DNA from: Coriobacteriia bacterium
GTDB taxonomy: Bacteria > Actinomycetota > Coriobacteriia > Coriobacteriales > UBA8131
Direction of reading: 5' to 3'
DNA: 64,000 nucleotides
NCBI GenBank assembly: GCA_009783085.1
Contig: WRHU01000002.1
Location: 138,019 to 202,018 of the forward strand
Part shown: piece by piece, positions 18,584 to 27,312 of the stretch
Position numbering within the stretch: the stretch's first letter is position 1
Layout: every line of letters begins with the position of its first letter
Program-made: the position numbers and the translations under genes
The notes under the pieces: model-generated
The model's database searches: none
Seen by the model: only the letters and a program-made list of their open reading frames with translations
Told to the model about the DNA's origin: nothing

Positions 18584-20158
18584 CTATGTGCCTTTCGTTT
18601 GTGCGCCCACCGAGGGCAGCGTTCCACTATAACTGACCCGTACTATTGTAGTCGTTTTTGGCGTGACTTTATAGCGGTCGTCTTGCTGAATGCCAACAAT
18701 CCAAACGATTTCTTTGTTTTTTTGGGGTGAGGGGTTCGCGCTGGTGCTCTTTGGGGCAGCAGCTGTGGCAGCAGCTGTGGCAGCAGCAGGCACTTCGACG
18801 CAAACCAGCGGATAGTTTTTGCGGAGACGAGCAGGTATTTTGCGGTCGATAAGCACGTCGCTGACAAGACGATGTTTGCCCGCAAGACCCAAGGGGCAAA
18901 ACTTGTCGGCAATTTGGGGAGTGGTGAGAAAAAGAAGCGGGTTGGGGGTGGTGGCGGGGTTGGAGGCGCCAGAGCCATTGGGAAAGCTCGGCAGGGTTTC
19001 AGCGTCGATAAAAATGGTGGTGGGGGTTGCGTTGTTTTTTGCATAAGCAACGGGGTCATTTTTGAACTCTTTGAGGTCTGCTAGTTGAAGGATTCTCAAG
19101 TCGAGCTCTTGATATGCGGGGAAGTCCTTGGCCGGACACTCTTTAGGCTGCCGTGAAAAACGCAGCGTGCCGTACTCGTTGCTAACCTTGACGTTTCCAG
19201 GCAGCGTAAGCCCAAAGCCCTGCTCAGGGCCTTTTTGCACGATTTCCTCAATATGTTCAAAGGTAATGCGCTCGTATGAGGGCATGCTTCGGTTGCAGGC
19301 TGTGCGAATTACCCGACGCACCAGTGGCAGAGGCTCCCCAAAAAGTTCGCCAGAAACAAGAATAGCCTCTCCCTCTGAGCTAACAAAACGTGTTTCAAGC
19401 TCATGCGCTTGTGCGGCGAGCAGGTCGTCCTCTGACGCAAGAATATCCATGCTGCGTTGCAGAGCACTCAAAACCTGTGGGTTGCGCTCGGTAAGACGGG
19501 CAAGCACCTCGTGACGCACAAAAGAACGAAGGTAGGTAGTATCTGCATTGGTTTCGTCCTCGCACCACAGGGGATCTTGCTGAGGTTCAGACGCAAGCCA
19601 CGCACGCAACTCTGAGCGCGTACAGTCAAGCAGCGGACGAATAACCCGTCCGTTTTGAAACGAGATGGAACGCAAGCCAGCTGGCCCAGCACCCACCAGG
19701 CTGCGCATAAAAAAGGTTTCGGCTCTATCGTCGAGCGTGTGTGCGGTAACAATGCGCCCTTCGCTTCGTTCACAGCCAGCCTCATCGCAAAGCTCATCAA
19801 GCAGCTCGTTCGCAAAACGATGCCGCTCCTGGCGCCCTACTTGTTCAGCATTATTAGGGTGGCCGGACGAGTCCTGCAGCTCAGCCACATTTATGCGGCG
19901 CACCTCAAGGCGCAAGCCAAGGACGCAAGTAAGTGAGCGCACAAACTCCTCGTCTTTATCAGACTGCTCTTTGCGCAACTGGTGGTTGACGTGAAGCACC
20001 GTAAGGCTGTCAAGGCTCGTTGGAAAAAGCTGCACAAAAAGGCGCAGCAGCGCTACCGAGTCTGAGCCGCCACTTACCATAAGCACCAGCGGGGCCGACA
20101 CTTTGTGCGCTTTGTGCGCAAGCGAAAGCAAGTTGTGAGCTTCAATAGTCGCCCGCAT
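18584..20158 (-). CDS. tilS: tRNA(Ile)-lysidine synthase
   Basis: PP-loop LVLMVSGGSDSVAL lies 27 aa after the Met at 20158. The TTG-initiated extension to 20287 in the ORF track runs through a perfect terminator hairpin and is rejected. Confidence 0.88.
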   Translation of the reverse strand: MRATIEAHNLLSLAHKAHKVSAPLVLMVSGGSDSVALLRLFVQLFPTSLDSLTVLHVNHQLRKEQSDKDEEFVRSLTCVLGLRLEVRRINVAELQDSSGHPNNAEQVGRQERHRFANELLDELCDEAGCERSEGRIVTAHTLDDRAETFFMRSLVGAGPAGLRSISFQNGRVIRPLLDCTRSELRAWLASEPQQDPLWCEDETNADTTYLRSFVRHEVLARLTERNPQVLSALQRSMDILASEDDLLAAQAHELETRFVSSEGEAILVSGELFGEPLPLVRRVIRTACNRSMPSYERITFEHIEEIVQKGPEQGFGLTLPGNVKVSNEYGTLRFSRQPKECPAKDFPAYQELDLRILQLADLKEFKNDPVAYAKNNATPTTIFIDAETLPSFPNGSGASNPATTPNPLLFLTTPQIADKFCPLGLAGKHRLVSDVLIDRKIPARLRKNYPLVCVEVPAAATAAATAAAPKSTSANPSPQKNKEIVWIVGIQQDDRYKVTPKTTTIVRVSYSGTLPSVGAQTKGT

Positions 20159-20214
20159 CTTGTCTAAAACGGTATATGGTTCAGTTTTTTTCACAGATAT
20201 ATTGTAGGGGATTG

Positions 20215-20452
20215 CATAAAAATTATGAAAGGAGACTGCTACGGCTATTGAGGGGCTAGTAGCAGTCTCCTTCCTTCTAACGGTCAACTCAAACGAAGCT
20301 ACTCAGTGCTGGGGGAGGCTTTCTGAGACCGCGTTCGGCAACCCATGGTGTGGTACTAGTTCAGGGCACCGGTTAACATCGTTAGACATTATTCACTACT
20401 GAAAACCCCCGGCCCCACCGTCATTTCCGAGACTCAAAGTGGCTCTTCTATT
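20215..20452 (-). ncRNA. Candidate small RNA / structured leader (orphan transcription unit between groEL and tilS)
   Basis: An extended -10 (TGGTAAAAT, 20468-20460) lies upstream. No ORF of 60 aa or more is present. A hairpin CTCAG/CTGAG has a 16-nt C-rich loop (20302-20327). A perfect 14-bp hairpin (20229-20242 / 20259-20272) has the loop UAGCCCCUCAAUAGCC and is followed by UUUCAUAAUUUUUAU. Confidence 0.45.
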
Positions 20453-20520
20453 TTTTGTTATTTTACCACAGATTTACCTATTTGAATAGGAGGAAATCAA
20501 GAAGCCGACAAAGAGGGAGG

Positions 20521-20567
20521 TAAAACCCCCGGGGCGGCGCTTCGCGCCGCCCCGGGGGTGTTTTTTT
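20521..20567 (-). terminator. groEL terminator (bidirectional-looking GC hairpin)
   Basis: A 14-15 bp stem (cccccggggcggcgc / gcgccgccccggggg) is flanked by an A-run on one side and a T-run on the other. It lies 45 nt after the groEL stop. Confidence 0.8.
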
Positions 20568-20610
20568 CTCACAACAACACTTGAACGTTGTTGCTACAAC
20601 TTAGTACGTT

Positions 20611-22254
<1,644 letters not shown>

Positions 22255-22270
22255 TCATAAAATTACATAG

Positions 22271-22561
22271 TTATTTAGTAAGAATAGCGTAGATGTCATC
22301 GGCGCGCAGGATAAGATAATCCTCGCCGTCGATAGTGACCTCAGTGCCGCCGTATTTGCCATAAATAACGCTGTCGCCAACCTCAACGCCTGGCTTGACA
22401 AGGTTGCCGCTGTTGTCGAGTTTGCCCTCGCCTACCGCAATAATAGTGCCCCGCTGCGGTTTTTCTTGTGCCGAGCTTGCGATAAGAATGCCCGACGCAG
22501 TGGTTGTTTCTGCCTCATCTTGTTTGAGAATGACGCGATCTCCCAAAGGTTTGAGTGACAT
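22271..22561 (-). CDS. groS: Co-chaperonin GroES
   Basis: 96 aa starting LKPLGDRVILK. It lies 28 nt upstream of groEL. Confidence 0.97.
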   Translation of the reverse strand: MSLKPLGDRVILKQDEAETTTASGILIASSAQEKPQRGTIIAVGEGKLDNSGNLVKPGVEVGDSVIYGKYGGTEVTIDGEDYLILRADDIYAILTK

Positions 22562-22768
22562 GTGTTTCTCCTTTTCTCTTTGTTTCTCTTTGCGGTACTC
22601 TTTGAGAAGTACCTGGTTTGTCTTTTTCTTGTCTTTTTCTTGCTCTTGCTCTACTTTTTTGCCTTTTGTCTTTTGCTGCCGTTTCTTGGTTTGTTCTTGG
22701 TCATTTTTGCCCTGCGAGCGTTCTATTTAAGCCCTCGCTAGTCCTAGCACAAAGATTTTGAGAACAAA

Positions 22769-22795
22769 TTAGCACTCTCAAGACAAGAGTGCTAA
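22769..22795 (-). promoter_or_regulatory. CIRCE operator (HrcA binding site)
   Basis: Perfect TTAGCACTC-N9-GAGTGCTAA. Confidence 0.92.
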
Positions 22796-22806
22796 CAGCT
22801 TTGAAT

Positions 22807-22834
22807 ATGATACGTGAGTTGCGGATATTTGCAA
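22807..22834 (-). promoter_or_regulatory. groES-groEL promoter
   Basis: On the minus strand: TTGCAA (22834-22829), 16-nt spacer, TATCAT (22812-22807), immediately upstream of CIRCE. Confidence 0.65.
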
Positions 22835-22951
22835 GCCCTGTGCGCATCTTAGGGCGCATTGTTACAGAGCTGTAATTTTGGCTTCAGCAATAAAGGGGCA
22901 GGGCTGCATAAGCCCTTGCGAATCCTCGTAAGGGCTTGTACAAAACGGTAC

Positions 22952-22980
22952 TTGATACTATAGCTTTTGTGATATATAAT
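22952..22980 (+). promoter_or_regulatory. Promoter of the HigBA-like pair
   Basis: TTGATA, 17-nt spacer, TATAAT. The palindromes GATATATAATATC and TATATCGAAAATGATATA overlap or follow the -10. Confidence 0.65.
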
Positions 22981-23010
22981 ATCTATATCGAAAATGATAT
23001 AGGAGCAACT

Positions 23011-23334
23011 ATGTTCTCTTTGGAGTTTTACGAAACAAAAAACGGCACAAAACCCGTAGAGGAGTTTTTGCTTGCACTTTATAACAAGATGCGCACCAAA
23101 GCGATACATGAGCTTATAATGCTTCGAGAAAAGGGCAATGGGCTCAGAGAGCCTTTTTCAAAGGCAGTAGGAGAAGGTGTTTTTGAGTTAAGAGTTCAGC
23201 AAGGGAGCAATAATGCAAGGATTTTCTATTTCTTTTTTATTGGCTCAAAGATAGTGCTCACCAACGGGTTTATTAAAAAGACCCAAAAGACACCGCCAGA
23301 GGAACTGTCCCGAGCAAAAAAGATACAAGGCTGA
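23011..23334 (+). CDS. Type II toxin, RelE/ParE superfamily (HigB / phage Gp49-like)
   Basis: MFSLEFYETKNGTKPVEEFL...ARIFYFFFIGSKIVLTNGFIKKTQKTP matches the Gp49/HigB pattern. AGGAG lies 6 nt before the ATG at 23011. The track ORF starts at an upstream TTG (22936). Confidence 0.8.
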   Translation: MFSLEFYETKNGTKPVEEFLLALYNKMRTKAIHELIMLREKGNGLREPFSKAVGEGVFELRVQQGSNNARIFYFFFIGSKIVLTNGFIKKTQKTPPEELSRAKKIQG

Positions 23335-23351
23335 TTACGAACGGAGGTCTG

Positions 23352-23624
23352 ATGGACGATCTTGATAAGTTTCTTAATAAGCAGCTCGAAAACCCTGAGT
23401 TCGCTGAGGAGTGGGAGCGCTCAAAGCCTGAGTATGAGGTTATGAGACTTCTGGTTGAAGCTCGCTCGGAAATGGGCATGAGCCAAAGCGAGCTTGCTCG
23501 TCGCACTGGCATCAAGCAACCAAACATCAGTCGTTTAGAGCGTGGCGCTTGTAGTCCAACACTCGACACGCTTGCCGCACTTGCACAGGGGCTGGGAAAA
23601 GAAATGCGCATTAGCTTTGTATAA
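23352..23624 (+). CDS. XRE-family HTH antitoxin (HigA-like)
   Basis: HTH MSQSELARRTGIKQPNISRLERG. It lies 17 nt downstream of the toxin gene. Confidence 0.82.
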   Translation: MDDLDKFLNKQLENPEFAEEWERSKPEYEVMRLLVEARSEMGMSQSELARRTGIKQPNISRLERGACSPTLDTLAALAQGLGKEMRISFV

Positions 23625-23639
23625 TGCTTGTTTCTTTTG

Positions 23640-24578
23640 CTAGGTTGCTGAAAAAAACGTAAAGCCTTTTGCCAGCTGTACAAACTCCTCTTGGGTGAGG
23701 GTTTCGCCGCGGCGCTTGGGGTCGATGTCTGCACTTTTTAGCAGCTCATCTGCCAGGTTGGGGTTTTGGTTATGTGCGGAGAAATATGCGCACATTGAGT
23801 TGCGAATGGTCTTGCGTCGCTGGGCAAAGGCGGCATCGACCACAAAGGCAAAGTTTTGGTAGCTTTCTTGCGCTGGGGATTGCGAAGTTTTTGCTGTAGC
23901 GCAGCGATCAAGCCGAATAACCGTAGAGTCTACCCGAGGCGGCGGCATAAAATTATTACGAGCAACGGCAAAGCTGCTTGTTGCTTTTGCCAGTGCGCCC
24001 AACTTAACCGTGTAGGCTCCGTAGTCTTTGGTGTTCGGTTGGGCGCTCATACGCTCGGCAACCTCACGCTGCACCATAACAGTCGCACTTTGGAGCAGGG
24101 GGAGCTTTTCAAAATAGCCAAGCACAATGGTCGCAGCAACCGCATAGGGCAGATTGGCAACGAGCTTGAGTGCCAAGGTTGGCTCCCCTTGTTGTTGCGC
24201 GCTCGCAGTCGCGTCGGCAGCAAACGCAGCAGAAAGACCCTTGGCAACGGCTGCCAAATCAAGTGCATCAGCAGCAACAAGCGAAAAGTTTGGCTCATGT
24301 TCAAACGAGGTAGTTAGAGGTTCGAGCAAGCGCTGGTCTTTTTCTATGGCACAAACTTTGGCACCCTGAGCAAGCAGCGCAGCCGTAAGCGTACCAATAC
24401 CCGGGCCAACCTCAACAATACAATCGCTGCTGCCAACCTCGGCGCAGGCAAGAATGCGGCCCACCACACCGTCATCTATAAGAAAATGTTGTCCAAGAGA
24501 TTTTTTGGTATACAGCCCCCATTGCTCAAGAAAGGCTCGTGTAGCTGTAGGGCTTGCAAGGGGAGAAAAGCGCGTCAC
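23640..24578 (-). CDS. rsmA: 16S rRNA (adenine1518/1519-N6)-dimethyltransferase
   Basis: LGQHFLID and SAM motif VEVGPGIGTLT. It overlaps the upstream gene by 4 nt. Confidence 0.93.
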   Translation of the reverse strand: MTRFSPLASPTATRAFLEQWGLYTKKSLGQHFLIDDGVVGRILACAEVGSSDCIVEVGPGIGTLTAALLAQGAKVCAIEKDQRLLEPLTTSFEHEPNFSLVAADALDLAAVAKGLSAAFAADATASAQQQGEPTLALKLVANLPYAVAATIVLGYFEKLPLLQSATVMVQREVAERMSAQPNTKDYGAYTVKLGALAKATSSFAVARNNFMPPPRVDSTVIRLDRCATAKTSQSPAQESYQNFAFVVDAAFAQRRKTIRNSMCAYFSAHNQNPNLADELLKSADIDPKRRGETLTQEEFVQLAKGFTFFSAT

Positions 24579-25798
24579 GTTGTTTCTTTCGGGCTGTCGT
24601 CCTTTGCGTTTTTGGTTTTTGCGGTTTTATTCTCTGGGTTATTGCTCTCGGGGCTGTCGTTTTCGAGGTTTTTGCTCTTTGGGTCGTCGTCTTCCGCACT
24701 GCTGCTTTCTCGATTATCGTTTCCTGAGCTTTCAGAGTTGCTCTCCTCAGCTTCGGCCTTAGCCTTAGCCTCAGTCTTGGTGGCAGCCTCAGCTTTCTCG
24801 CCCTCTTTTTTGCCATCGCCAGCAGCTTTTGCCTCGCCAACAACCTCTTTTTCTGTTTTGTCCTTTGCGCCATCAACAACAACACCAGCTGCCTCGGCGG
24901 CGGCAGCAACAGCTTCGGCGGTTTCGGCAGAAGTTTTGTGATGCGTAACGCCCGCAACGCTGCCTCTCAGCTCCTCAAAGGCTTGGTCAATGCCAAGCTG
25001 CTTGGAGTCAATCCCTGCACCGTCAGCCTTAAATGCCGCAATCTCAGCCTCAACCTGCTCAAGCTCAGTAGTAAGCGTGTTTCTCTCGTTAATTCTCTGC
25101 AAATAACGCGCAAAAGCTCCTCCGGCATTGGTGGCACGCTGCTCAAAGTCGGCTTGTGCGGCAACCGCATGACGCAGCTGCGCTATCTCACCGCGGGTCA
25201 AATGCTCGCGCTTGTCCTCAGGCGGCATAACGGGCACGTCCTCTTTGGCTTTGAAGCCAACAAAAGAGTGTGTTTTCTCGAGATTAAAGCCCGCAACCGC
25301 AAGAGCACTTTTGGTAATGCCTACCAGCGGAGCGTGCCCGTGTGGGTCGCCTCCGGCACCTATCACATACAGTTGAGCAGGACGTTTGGTGCGTGGCTCT
25401 TGTCCCAACACGTAGCGCTTTGCCCAATACGGCTGAAGCCTATCGAGCAAGGCCTTGTACTGCGCCGAAGGGCCAGAAAAATATATGGGGGCGACAATTA
25501 CGAGGGCATCAACACGCTCGATAAGCCCGTGGAACTCAAGATAGTCGTCGATAAGACGGTCGCGCGCGGTTTTGTTTGCCAGCGTACACGTGCCGTTTTT
25601 AGTGCACGTGCCGCAACCCGTGCATGGTGCAATTCGCTTGTTGGAAAGGAAAAAATGATGGGCTCGTCCGCCAACGGCTTTTGCGCCTCGTTCAATGAGG
25701 GCAATAAGTGCCTCGCTAGTGTGCGAGCGAGGAGAGCCTGAGATGTAGAGAATGTCAGGCTTGTAGGACTCCGTTTTGTCTGTCTTGCCGTTTGTCAT
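24575..25798 (-). CDS. Iron-sulfur flavoprotein-like FMN reductase domain fused to a coiled-coil and acidic/Lys-rich tail
   Basis: ILYISGSPRSHTSE (flavodoxin-like fold) and a compact Cys motif CTGCGTCTKNGTC (CX2CX2CX5C). The C-terminal 190 aa or so are low-complexity. The start is taken at the ATG at 25798; the track uses an upstream TTG at 25849. Confidence 0.75.
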   Translation of the reverse strand: MTNGKTDKTESYKPDILYISGSPRSHTSEALIALIERGAKAVGGRAHHFFLSNKRIAPCTGCGTCTKNGTCTLANKTARDRLIDDYLEFHGLIERVDALVIVAPIYFSGPSAQYKALLDRLQPYWAKRYVLGQEPRTKRPAQLYVIGAGGDPHGHAPLVGITKSALAVAGFNLEKTHSFVGFKAKEDVPVMPPEDKREHLTRGEIAQLRHAVAAQADFEQRATNAGGAFARYLQRINERNTLTTELEQVEAEIAAFKADGAGIDSKQLGIDQAFEELRGSVAGVTHHKTSAETAEAVAAAAEAAGVVVDGAKDKTEKEVVGEAKAAGDGKKEGEKAEAATKTEAKAKAEAEESNSESSGNDNRESSSAEDDDPKSKNLENDSPESNNPENKTAKTKNAKDDSPKETT

Positions 25799-25970
25799 AG
25801 CTCTATTATACGGTAAGTGCCGCATCAAGTGCAGCACAATAGCTCGCAAGACCCTCTTTGACAGGCAGCCTTACTCCAAAATATTCTCGCTGCAAGAGCG
25901 GTTTATTTTTTGTTATATTTGCAAATGGTATTTTTAGCAGTGAGATTACAGCAGAGCTTACCTGTTAGGA

Positions 25971-26692
25971 GTGATAAAAGTGGACATTGATTTTAATGAA
26001 ATAATTCCAGACACTCAAGATGGCAAGAAGTATGACCCCGATTCCTCACCAAAAGCCTGGGAGGACTACTACAGAAAAGCTTACACTGTGGAACACTGGA
26101 GCCTTTTAGACGAATTTGACATGGAAAATCCAAAAAGGTATTCCAACGAAGGATATTCCCGGCTTCGAATCCACCTGAAAAATAATTCTCCAAAAAAAGC
26201 TTCCGGAGAGTTTTGGAAACTTTTTTCTATTGGTGGAGAAACGGACTTTAATTTTAATGCCGATAAAAAAAGAAGTTTGAAAAGCTTTTAGATGGACATG
26301 GCAAAGACCTGCTTGAAGAATGCGTGCGCTCCCATCATACTCTGAAAAACTTTTCGCTTATGGCATCAACTGGTAACATGCAGGGTGTTAAGGGGGCTAA
26401 TCGTTTTGACAGACTCGATACATTTGTGCACAATTTGGATGCCTATTTTTTAGGGAAAACAGCTGTAGTTTTAAATAGGTCAGACGTAAATCTCCAGCCT
26501 CTAAAAAACTATCTTTCGACATTTACCAGTGTCTACGATTACTGTAACAAGGTCTATTTTATCAAGGACAAAAAATTTGTTGATAGAATTATCGAAGAAG
26601 GCCAGCAACCCATTGGCTCTTGTTCTGATGCGATTAGATACATGGAATTAGCAAAGGAGTTTTGGGTGAAAAAAGTGAAAGGAATGTCCTAA
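25971..26692 (+). pseudogene. Unknown gene split by a frameshift at an A7 tract (ORFs 25971-26291 and 26324-26692)
   Basis: The second reading frame is already open from 26267, inside the A7 run at 26265-26271. Adding one A would give one ORF of about 240 aa (...NFNADKKKFEKLLDGHG...). The region is much more AT-rich than its flanks. No family recognised. Confidence 0.5.
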
Positions 26693-26709
26693 GAGTTTTA
26701 GGGGTAAGC

Positions 26710-26799
26710 TGGCGGAGAAGGAGGGATTCGAACCCTCGATACCTTGCGGTATACATGATTTCCAATCATGCGCCCTCGGCCGGACTAGGCGACTTCTCC
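26710..26799 (-). tRNA. tRNA-Ser (anticodon GGA), CCA encoded
   Basis: Read on the minus strand: GGAGAAG acceptor, anticodon arm CATGA-TTGGAAA-TCATG, long variable arm TATACCGCAAGGTATC, T-arm GAGGG-TTCGAAT-CCCTC, 3' end GCCA. Confidence 0.95.
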
Positions 26800-26896
26800 G
26801 CGCGAAAAGAAAGTATACCGCACTAGCAAGATTCTGAACACAGCAACGTTACAAAAACAAGTCTTTGAAAAACTTACAACGCATTGCTTGTTGATA

Positions 26897-27283
26897 CTAG
26901 GGCTTAGGGTTGTTATCCCTAGAGCCTTCTTTGCGTAGTTTAATAAGGTTGTAAATGTAATAGGGTACAAAAGAGAAGATTCCCATGTACACAATAATCA
27001 AAAAGCTAACCATAAATAAGCAAGAGGCAAGTACTTTTAACGTGAGCGATTGTTGAGAAATAAACCTTGTAAAAAGAATAGTGCCACTTAAAAGACCACC
27101 GAGCAAACAGCCACCAGCCAAACCGGCAAGCAAGCCCTTCAACACCCTATTGAGAACAGTTTCGTCAAAGCTCACAACAGCTATAGCTCCATACAGCACA
27201 AACCCTACGCAAAAAATCGCAGTGGTTACCGCAAAATAGGTCATGCGCTTTTCCCTCAAAATACGTCCTTTCTGCAGAGCCAA
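26897..27283 (-). CDS. Small membrane protein, unknown function
   Basis: Four predicted TM helices. The alternative start (ATG at 27244, preceded by GAGGG) is more likely than the TTG at 27283. Confidence 0.6.
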   Translation of the reverse strand: MALQKGRILREKRMTYFAVTTAIFCVGFVLYGAIAVVSFDETVLNRVLKGLLAGLAGGCLLGGLLSGTILFTRFISQQSLTLKVLASCLFMVSFLIIVYMGIFSFVPYYIYNLIKLRKEGSRDNNPKP

Positions 27284-27312
27284 ACTACAACATTGCTTGG
27301 TTTTTCTGTTAC

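Noticed and set aside
20159-20287. N-terminal 43-codon extension of tilS (TTG start at 20287)
   Set aside because: The extension would be translated through a perfect 14-bp terminator hairpin plus U-tract. The PP-loop spacing is canonical from the Met at 20158.
20344-20362. T-box-like sequence (ATGGTGTGGTACTAG) in the groEL-tilS spacer
   Set aside because: It resembles GGGTGGTACCGCG only loosely and lies on the plus strand, where there is no downstream gene.
22741-22768. Second CIRCE element next to the perfect one
   Set aside because: CTAGCAC-N9-GAGAAC matches only about half of the consensus positions and is most likely chance similarity.
25850-26800. Integrated mobile element at tRNA-Ser
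   Set aside because: There is no integrase, transposase or direct repeat of the tRNA 3' end. Only an AT-rich remnant-like islet remains, so it is reported as a finding rather than a mobile-element feature.
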